From Pelomyxa schiedti (Eukaryota > Protista > Evosea), in contig JAHLWZ010000859.1 of assembly GCA_020536535.1 (NCBI GenBank), forward strand, positions 6,447-70,446: a stretch of 64,000 nucleotides of DNA. The letters run 5' to 3'. This document shows positions 28,512 through 38,523 of the stretch, in pieces. Position numbers and translations under genes: made by a program. The notes under the pieces are model-generated. The model searched no databases, had not been told where the DNA came from, and was given only the letters and a program-made list of their open reading frames with translations. Every line of letters starts with the position of its first letter. The stretch's first letter is position 1.

Positions 28512-31252
28512 ATGTCCACTCCTCCCGAGTACGATCTCGAAGCCGGGGTGCCCTACGACGTGCCGTCACACGGCGTGAATGCCACGGGCAAGAAGCAACA
28601 GCCGACGCCAACGCGGGCGCGGAAGACCGCCACGTCGGGTGCCAAGCGAGCGGGGCGGGTGCACCAGAACCACGGGCAGGCGGCGGCGGCGCAGCACGGG
28701 GGGAGGTGGAGGAGCCACGCCGCCGCCGCCAACAACGACGGCGAGGGCGACGCGGGGGGGGAGGGGTGCTATAGAAAGCCAGGGAGGTTCTTGTTTGGGT
28801 TCGTGCTGCTGGCCCTCGTGCTGTTCTTGCTGGTGGCGTGGTCCAGTTAGTACTATTTTCCCTCCCATCTTTCCTTATTCTCTCTCTCTCTCTCTCTCGA
28901 TGCATCTAAATATGATGTTCTCGTTCTAACCCTGCCTTTTTTTTTTTTTTTTTTTTAATTATTTGTTTTTGTACTTTTTGGGTCCTTTTTCAAGGAGGGA
29001 GAGTTGGGGATACACCTACTGTAAATGTGATTCTGGGACCACCCGCTGCCCTGGTCACTGTTTCTAAATCCGAAAAGCAAGGAACCGAGTTACCACTGCC
29101 CACACCTCCCGCCGTTGATCCAGACCCCCAAGAGGAGGAACCTGAAGGAGCAGTACAGTCTGGAAGATTACCACCAGTGGGTGAGCCCCCAAGGGTTACC
29201 CCTCCACCTCCTATTGCTCAACCACCCCCTGTTGCAGTACCTCCCAAGTTATCTGAGCAAGAAATAGCTAGAATGACACTAATAGAGGAACACCGTGCCT
29301 CTGTTGTCAAGGTATATATTCACTTTTATTCCAATGCACAGGGGATAGTTTTGAATCTCCCTGTATACAGGGAATGAGAGATGCCTGGGAGGCGTATTCC
29401 AGATTTGCTTGGGGTCAAGATGACTTATTGCCTGTAACTCACAGTGGTTCAAGCTGGCTTCGTATGTTCACCTTCTACAAAAATACACTGATCCAGGTAG
29501 ATCTTGGTATAACTATTGTTGACTCACTGGATACACTTTGGATTATGGGGATGCGTGATGAATTTAAAAAGGCTCGAGAATGGGTGGCCAACAACCTTGA
29601 TTTAAGTGTATGCCTGTTAATCAGTGTAGGCAAAAGTAACAACAGTCAGCCCTGGAATGAAGTCTCACTTTTTGAGACAAACATCCGAGCACTTGGTGGC
29701 CTTCTTAGTGCTTATGATCTCAGCAAAGATGATCTCTTTCTCACTAAAGCTCAGGACCTTGCTCACCGCTTTTTACCGGCATTTGACTCGCCAACAGGAA
29801 TACCATATACCTCCATCAATTTACGCAGGTTTTTTTTGGCATTCCTTTCCCACATGCACTCATATCTTACAGTGGGAGTGCCCGCAATCCTGGAAATAAT
29901 GGCTACACAATTCTGTCAGAAGCCGGTACTCTTCAACTCGAATTTGTATATGCAGCAAAGCATGCCAAAGACCCAGAACTAAAAACAAAAGTATCTGTTT
30001 TTGTTTGTTATTTTTTCTCAGCCCACAACAGGCTCTCAGGGTAATTGATAAAATCGAGGCTGCTGAAAAAGTGAATGGGCTATACCCTGTTTACATTCAC
30101 CCTAGCAATGGACGTTTTGATGAGAGTATAACTCCAAATATATTGGACCAAACACAACCATTCAAAAGATTCTCCAATTACTTTGGGTGCCCTTGGCGAC
30201 AGCTTCTATGAATATCTTTTGAAGCTCTGGCTACTCTTTGGGTAATTTCCCTAAATCTTTTTTTTTTTTTTTTTTTGTTTTTGTTTGTACTCATAATGGA
30301 TGGGGATTAATATGCAATTAACTTGGTGATTATTTCATTTATCCACCTCTGTCTTAGTTCATGAATCTTATTTTGTCTTTGTTGGATCTTTATTATTTTC
30401 CCATTTGTGTTCAGAGGTCCAGGCACAGAAGGTGACAAATACCGGAAAATATATGATGCCGCTATGACAAATGTTGTGGACAAGATGGTTCAGGTCTCAT
30501 CTCCTAGTGGTCTTACTTACATTGCTGACATGCGATGGTCGTCACTGGACCACAAAATGGACGAGCTGGTGATTTTTTTGAAATTTGTGTATTGTTTCAC
30601 TCATCCTAGGCGTGCTTTGCTGGTGGAATGTTTGCTCTTGGTGCTGTGAGACATAATTCTACAGAGCACCCCAACCCGAATAGCAACGTCCATTTTAAGT
30701 TGGGAAAGGAAATTGGCAGGACGTGCCATGAAATGTGGAAAAGAATGCCGTCAGGAATTGCACCAGAGTTCGTGGTGTTTTCTCCAGGCTCTGACTTCTC
30801 TGCTGGTGCAAGTCACTTCTTGCTGAGACCAGGTTTCCTCTCCTCAAAAACATCGCAACTTACTCACTCCAGAAACTGCGGAAACATTCTTTATTTTGTG
30901 GAGGTTAACTCACGACCCCATTTACCAAGGTACCTTCCTCTGCGTCAGCTGTTTTCCCTTACTTTCGGCCAGATTGGGGCTGGGAAATATGGCAAGCCAT
31001 AGACAAACACTGCAGGTGTAATGGCGGTGGATATTCTGGGTTAAGATCAGTGACTTCCACCTCCCCGGAAAAGGACAACAATCAGCCAAGCTACTTCTTG
31101 GCTGAAACACTCAAAGTACCACCTTCCACGTTTTCACAACAGCTAACATTCCCCTCCAGTACCTATACCTGCTTTTCTCACCAGACGACGTAATACCCCT
31201 GGACAAGTACGTTTTCACAACAGAGGCCCACCCACTATCCATTTTCCAATGA
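28512..31252 (+). CDS. class I alpha-1,2-mannosidase (GH47), type II membrane protein
   Basis: N-terminal TM ([18 protein letters not shown]) and Pro-rich stem; [87 protein letters not shown]. Confidence 0.95.
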
Positions 31253-31306
31253 TTGTTTTGTGGGAGTAAAGAGCCCCCAAAAAAGGATTCTTGGTTCTTT
31301 TCAGTC

Positions 31307-32367
31307 TTAGCCTTCTAAATGTGTAACCTCCATCAACATGTAACGCTCCACGTTGTTCTGGTTGGTTTCCACACCCAAGCAGTTGCCATGTGTTTGCGCC
31401 ACGATCTGCCACACATTCAATTCCTCTGTTCCGTCAACAGATACCGCGGCGCAGATGATAGATGCTGATTGCGTGTATCCGGAAGCGTGTTGCGCAAACT
31501 CAGAGGTTCCAGTTCCGACGATGCCTTGTCTGCTCGAGTCTAGTCTAGACGTGTACCTGTCACAATAAATCCCAGGTACCCTTATCTTGATATAATACTT
31601 TCCCTTGGGAATAACAACTCCACCCGCTGGCCATACAAAAAAACAAGTTAGTGAGTGCCTTTGTGTAAACAAGATAATGCCACAAACGAGCAAAGCGAAA
31701 GGTAGGGTAGTGACAACAAATTACCTTGCAGAGACAAGTTGATGCCGCTATCAAACAGCACGTTTGTGAACTTTCTAACAAACCACGCGTTGATTGTGGT
31801 GGTGCCAATGCTATGTCCCTTTGGCCTCTCTTCAGCTACAACAGCAATTCTTGGTCCGGCCATCCCTATCTTGGCCGTAAGGGCCTGCACGGTTTCCTCA
31901 AGCAGCGAGACCCTGAGCCTCAGCCCGAGCACCTCGGTGGTGGGATCGCTCTGGCATTCAGGCTCCAGCACGATCGCGAATCCCATGCCACAAAGCCGGA
32001 AGCAGAACAAATCCGTGTCGCGGGGCGACACTGGCTTGGACGTAACGCCGCTCACGGCACACTGCCGGAGCTCGAATTTCCCGGCTTGGATGGCGGCAAA
32101 GGCATCCTCCACGTCCCTATCAGAGAACGACGAATCCAGGAGGGAGCTCCCTGCGGAGGCCGTAAGGGCCCCTCGGAAAGAAGGAGGCGAAGTCGTGGGG
32201 CACGTGCAAGCAACCACGAGGGAGGTTGGGCCCGACGTGGTGAGGGAGGCCTCGAGGTAGACCTTATGCCGGCCGTCGATGGTGGCGACAGGGGCGGGGC
32301 TACGGTGTGTCACGGCAACCGTCCTCTTAGCTGGGGTGGTAGATTCGGTCGATCCCAGCATATACAT
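31307..32367 (-). CDS. hypothetical protein with short coiled coil and C-terminal beta-rich (C1q/TNF-like or phage-fibre-like) domain
   Basis: Two exons (ORFs 31648-32562 and 31307-31693); heptad LRLRVSLLEETVQALTAKI followed by a beta-strand-rich domain ending ERYMLMEVTHLEG*. Confidence 0.65.
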
Positions 32368-32433
32368 TTCTTCCTTCTTTAAAATGGTTGTGAAAAACAA
32401 CTTGGCTCCGCGGAAACCGAAACGGAACCAGAC

Positions 32434-32475
32434 CAACTTGTGGATTCCATGCACCGGAATGGAATCCACAAGTTG
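32434..32475. repeat. perfect 17-bp inverted repeat with 8-nt loop in a divergent intergenic region
   Basis: CAACTTGTGGATTCCAT-gcaccgga-ATGGAATCCACAAGTTG. Confidence 0.9.
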
Positions 32476-32816
32476 ATCACCTCGGCACCGATATAAAGGA
32501 TCGTGCCGAGAACACGGCGAAATCCACGACGGCGTCGCCGAACGTCGTTCACCACGGAACACCGCACCTGGCCTATTCGCGCAGCTTTGTGCCAGACTTT
32601 CCTTGGGTCAGTGCTCAATCTGAAGAGGTCGTACCGCTGCACTGTCGGCGCCTCACCTACTGCAATATCTCGAGGCAGAGAAACGCCACTATTGTCGCAT
32701 GTGCACCTGTTGGTTAGGTTTTTTTGTTTTGGGACATGGGTGACGGATTTCTGTTAAACTTCAAAGCTTCTCCAAGGTCCTTTCGCAGATTTGCAGTTCA
32801 ACCCAAGGACGTTCCC

Positions 32817-33490
32817 ATGGAGGGCAGAGTGAGTTTGGTTGTGTTGGGTGACGCAGCCGTGGGCAAATCCGCTTTGGTGGTGCAGTTTCATCAGAAGTTT
32901 TTCATCAACGGTTGGCTTCTCACCTGGAAACTTCCGAAAGTGCACTCATTTGTTTTTCTCCTGCAGTTTATGAGCCAACCATCGAGGCCTCCTATCTCCA
33001 CTATGAGGAACAGGATGGGAAACGCATTTCCATTTCCCTCTTGGACACTGGTTTGACTCAATTCCTTGCCTGACTGTATTTAATGCATACAGCGGGAGAT
33101 TGGGCCGACATGCGTGAAGCATACTGCCGCAACGGTGATGCTTTCCTTCTTGTTTACTCCATTACCTCTCGCCAATCATTTGAACGTGTGAACAACTTCA
33201 GGTACTTCAGGGTCAGCTTTCATTCCCTTCTTAATAACACCTTCTGAACCAAAAGGGAAACAATTCAGAGAGTGAAGGGAGCTGGCAAAGTGCCCATGGT
33301 ACTATGCGGAAATAAAAGAGACCTGGAACAAGACAGAGCTGTGTCAAGGCAGGAGGGAATGAACCTTGCACAGTCATTTGGTTGCCCGTTTGTTGAAACA
33401 TCTGCACAGTCTATCTCTGATGCTCAAGGGGTCTTTCTCCTTCTGCTCAATGAACAGCGTCAAAACAAACTTAGAGAATCTACTGACTGA
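32817..33490 (+). CDS. atypical Ras-family small GTPase
   Basis: 4 exons: GDAAVGKS, YEPTIEASY, DTAGDW, FLLVYSITSRQSF, VPMVLCGNKRDL, FVETSAQ; ends ...KLRESTD* with no CAAX. Confidence 0.9.
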
Positions 33491-33605
33491 CACCATAATA
33501 AGCAAAACTCCACTCACAAGGGACAAGACTGCATTTAAAGATAATAAGATAATGCATCCCTTTTCCTACTACAGTTTGTTTGCTTTTTGTAGGGTCAGAG
33601 TAGGT

Positions 33606-36296
33606 TTATGGTGGAGGGGGCCGGTAGTCATTGACCATGACAATGTATAGGGCTCCTTGGAGTGGGTGGGTGGATTTAATGAGTTGTTGCTTTGAGACGG
33701 AGGGATAGAAAGAAAAGGAAGAATACCTGTCCACATGTAGTTGTACGCGCCAAGGCCTTCTTCCGTGAGTGGGTTGTAGTACTCCCGCGGAGTAGGGCCA
33801 CTGCCAACAATGGAGATGCTTCGCTCTTGTAAGTCATCAGCCTCTTCCTCAAAGCCATATCGCTCCAGTCCAACGATGGTAAGCCAATTAATATTTATCC
33901 ATGTGGGTCCCCTCCTGTTGAGGTTTAGTAATTCGGTGCAGTTTGTTTCGTTTTTACATACCAGTAATTAGAGGGATCGAAGGTTGGCTCAGTGGCAGCA
34001 ACAACAGGCATTGGATACGGGAGCCAGAGACTAATTTCGAGGGTTGGATGAGAAAAACCTGAGCTAGGCACACCTTGAAGAATTCTTCATTACAACCAAC
34101 TGTGATTGACATTGATCTACTGTTGCCACTCCTGCTAGCATTGACCAAAATGAAGCAGGTGTTACAACAGTATACAACTCCTTAGTCTATTTTGTTATGG
34201 GTTGGGGTTTCCTCTTTGTCAATTTGGACATGCATTTGGATTTCGGTCAAAGAATAAGCCCATATTCTCATCCCAAAGATTCTGCTGGACGGTTTCCGAA
34301 GTAAGATCCCATTTTGATAGCCATTTACTTGCATCATCTGAGAGATTCAGTAGGGAGGCCATTTCGGAAAGTGCTTTTTGGTCAAGACCAAGCCTGCAGG
34401 GTGCTGAATGGCTCCTATACTTGGGGAGATACATACCAACAATTTAGATCTATGGCTTCAACGATACCATTGTCCCAGCGAGGGCTAGTGTCCCACCCAG
34501 AGTCGGTCCCTTCCCACTGACAAAGATTTGTGCCTTGATAGTCGCGGTTTTGATAAAACCTGTTGTTTTTATTATTGACCCTCTTTTCATCGTTAAGAGA
34601 AGGAATAAGCACCATTCATTATTAGCAGCAAGTGCCGGATATATCTATTTGAAGTGAGACGCAGTGTAGGATGTAACTGTATCAGTGGCATACTGTTCTG
34701 ATAAATTCGATGTCTTGGGTTTTTTTATACAACTCCAGGGATGCCCAAGTTAAAATACCTTATTTCATCTTTAGTAAGAGAGAGTTTTGTGTGGTTATTA
34801 ACAACCTGGTGGTTGAACATCTGGCCCAACAACACCAACCCATACTTCGCGGGGAAGATGTCCAACTTGCGCACTGGCATTTGTAAGGACAATTATCTTG
34901 ATGATAGTCAGATGTTGCGCAATGCTAAGTAAAATACTTGATTTTTTGCTAGTTGCAGAGCATTCTCACCTCCCAAGAGCAATGCAAATACGTGGAACCC
35001 TGTATCCCAGAGCCAAACACCCCGGCCATAGGTTGATTTACTTGGAGTGACTATGTCTCGTACCCAATACCCATCAGCATGCTCTTTTTTTTTAGCAAAT
35101 CAATCAAATGAAAAAAAATGTTGTTATTAAATCACTGAGGATCTTAGATACCTGTATTGTACCAGAATTGAAACCAGGCAGTGTAGTATGTGATAAGGTC
35201 ATTTTCTGCCTCCAGATCAGGTATTTCCACTTCATCTAACCACAGGTCTATTGTGGCTGTTGTGTCATCGATGGCCTGTGAAAAAGTTGGGCGAGCAATG
35301 CAAAAACGGAATTACTTTCTGATCAATTGGAAAGGAAAGAGATGGACTCGAAATAGCGGCAACAAGGCTACGCTGCTCACCTGGCCCAAGTACGAGGGAG
35401 AAGGTATACTCATTCCCATTAATTGTGGCACTATTGTAGAAGTCAAGGCCAACAGCAAATGTTTTTTCGAGAACTTCAGCAGGCTCACCCCAGGGGTTCG
35501 ACAGTCGAGCAGTTATGTTAACCTGTCGAACTATCATGAACTTGCCAACTAGGTTCCCAAGTACCTGAACTCCAGTGGACGAGGCAGATATCACAGGATT
35601 TGCGGCAAAGTCAACTTGACCAAAAAAATCTACAGTAATAGGAGCCGTGCTAAGAGACGTTAAGGTAATCCACGCAACTGCTGTTTCAGAGTCAAGGTAG
35701 GCAACTTGTTCTGCAACCTTACTTTTCTTGGAACAACGATTTAGAAAGAGGCAAGTACTTGCAGGTCATATTCAGTGAAGTACGCATTTATCGTAATGTA
35801 GTCTGGTCTCCACATGTAGTAGTCCAACTGAGAGGGCCCATTTCCTTCGACAAGCACATCGAGCACACTGGACACTGGTTACGTCACTAAGATAGTAATG
35901 GAATCACCTGTGGAACATGGGCCGCCTCTCTGACCAATCAGAAAATTGTCTATAGTTGAGAGCCCTTTGGAATTGTAAGCTCACAAATTAGCAGCACTAA
36001 GGAAGCAAAAGGCGTAACAAAAAGAAGGGAAAATACCCCAATCCGGGGGAGAAAGGATCAAAATTAAGGTAGTGATGGGCACCAGAATAACTTATGGTGT
36101 ACACGTCGTCCACAGCCAAATCGCCACAATGCAGAGGTGCACTCACAGCCGCATTTTTGGGCGTTTTGCTTTGGCCTAGAGTCGACACTTTCGAAGCAGA
36201 AGAGCCCCAAGAGGTAACGGCACACAAGAGAACAATAACAACGACCAAGTAACCTCCAAACGTGCGAGATCTCGCTGTCAAGAATCCGGCGGCCAT
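33606..36296 (-). CDS. secreted glycoside hydrolase, GH63/MGH1-like (alpha/alpha)6 barrel
   Basis: Signal-like N-terminus (YLVVVIVLLCAVTSWG); motifs TPSKSTYGRGVWLWDTGFH, SGWDTSPRWD, IDLNC, YWRGPTWININW and REYYNPLTEEGLGA..YMWTGA. Confidence 0.8.
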
Positions 36297-36569
36297 TGCG
36301 TGCCCAGCCGAACGGTTCGTTTTGTTGTTTTTTAACCGACAAGGCTTGACTAACTTCTCATTGTTTCTCAGGATGGAACTGGCGGCGTGACACCTCCGAG
36401 ATCTTCGCCTGGGAATGCTGCCCAGCCAGGGACTTGATGGCTGTGATCTGATGGTTTTTGTTTTTGAAGGTTTCAGAGTTGGAAAAAACAAAAGGGAAAA
36501 AAGAAAAAACCAACAAACACAGGCAGGTACGCGGTGTGTTGGGGCGACCGTAATTACGACAACAAAGAC

Positions 36570-38465
36570 ATGGAGCGAATAGTCGAGATGGCGTTGCAGT
36601 TGTCCACTACTGGAAAGGAGGCGGATCTCATGAACTTGCATAAGCGTATTTCCGATCACGACACACAGGAGGCTATTAACAGGGTACCTTGCAATGTGTT
36701 ACATTTTGTAGTGTCCGGTTTTTTGGGTTTTTTTTTTCCCCAACAAAGGTCGTTGAGGACTTACGGCAATTTATCACAGCATTCTGGCAACTTGGAAACT
36801 TTCCTCTCGTGCTTGCACCCAACTACTCATACTCTTGCTTTCACATTAATCCTGTGTGTAATCCTTTGTATCATACTCCCTTCAATGTTGAGTGTTGGAC
36901 AGAGTGCATATGAGGACTTCCAACCAAGCTGAGCATCAAAAGTTCCTTGCTTTTTTCAATAACGTGGTTTCTGACGGTGACTTCATGCAGTTGAAGGTCC
37001 AACCATCTAGCTGTATGATATTTTCTATGCTACTACGTCTCATACTATTTTCAGTTTTCAAACTGTGCCACAAAGCAACTGAGTCTTATACTACTACATC
37101 TCCTATTAGTGGTATGCAACAGGAAGTTCGTCAGAGACACTAAAGTTCTACCTAGGAGTACATCTTCTGCAAATGGCTCTTGAAAAAATAAAGAACCGAG
37201 ACCAACCCCAAATTCTCCCCATTCACGCAGACCTCATGAAGTTATGCGTGGCCTCTCGTTTATACAAGTGTGCTTCACCTTCCGTTTAGGAGTAAAACTA
37301 ATCTTTGTTGTATAGAGTGGCAATTCCTTATGTTATGGAAGAGTTTGACACAGTTTCTGAGCACACAACTCCCGAATCTCTCTTGTGCTGGTTGTATTAT
37401 GGAGGAATGGCGTGCATTGCTATGCGTGAGTACCCAAAGGCTTACGACCTCTTCAAGACGGTACACGGTCGCATTCCTTCGAAAGAATATGACATATCTT
37501 AGGCCTTGTTACTTCCAACGCACCAATTGAGTGCCATTCAACTGGAAATTTACAAAAAATTCATTCTTGTGTCTCTTATCTCTGGGGAGGTACTCAAAGC
37601 AACATGCTGATGACCTTAACTCTTTGCGCAGAGCCCCACTTTGAGTAAAGCGCTTGGTGCAAATGCACTACACGTTGCTAAAGCTCTGGCCACAGATTAT
37701 ATTGAATTTGCTACAGCTTTTTCAACCCAGGATGTTGATGCTGTGCACCGGTTTGGAATGACACACTTTTTCCTCTGTTTACACTTTATAGATACGCCGA
37801 GACTCACATTGATGCATTCAAGGTCCTTAATCAAACAATTTCCCAATCAATATTCATTCATGGTTCAGAAAGACAAGAACTTTGGACTTGTGAAGCGTGC
37901 TATTGTAGCTCTTTACAAACAAAATATCCATAAGCACACCAAGATTTACTTGACCCTGCCACTGTCGGAAATTCAAGCATCCCTGAAACTTCCCTCTACT
38001 TCTAAAGTCAGGGACTTTGTTCTTAGGATGGTATATGAGTGTATCCGCGTTCTCCTTAACAATCCTCAACCAGATTGAAGATGGGCAAATAGCCGCAAGT
38101 ATTAATATGAGAGATGGAATTCTTGCCTTCCATGAGGAAACAGAGTCCTACAATAGTGATGAGACAACCCAACGGATCTCCAACCAAATACGTGTAAGTA
38201 ACCTTTGGTTGCGTTACATACCCATTATTACCAGAGGGCAATGACCCTTAATCGCAAACTGGAAAGTCTCGATCAAGAATTGCAGCTCAACTCCACGTAC
38301 ATACAAAAGGCATGTATTTTCTATAACCTTGTTGCATTAGAAGTACTAATGCCATCACAGACTTTCTTCCGTGACCACCACGGCGGACCAGGCGGCAACT
38401 TTGCCATGGGTGGAGACTTTGAGGATGAAATGATGGCTGGTCCTTTTGCCCGTGATGGCCACTAA
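36570..38465 (+). CDS. CSN3: COP9 signalosome subunit 3
   Basis: LHPTTHTL, PIHADLMKLC, LYYGGM, SAIQLEIYKKFILVSLI, KDKNFGLVKRAIVALYKQNIHKHTKIYLTLPL and MIEDGQIAASIN, a PCI-domain pattern typical of CSN3. Confidence 0.92.
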
Positions 38466-38523
38466 TGCCTTTGCCGAGTGCTTGGATACAACAAAACCAA
38501 TTTAGCGTACAACAACAATTCTT

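Noticed and set aside
28870-28970. (CT)n and poly-T runs (also at ~83-108 and 30257-30285)
   Set aside because: Ordinary intronic simple repeats and pyrimidine tracts.
32817-33490. Functional link between this Ras and the CPRas-like vWA module of the actin fusion
   Set aside because: They are separated by two unrelated genes, the Ras is not circularly permuted, and proximity in a eukaryote is not evidence.
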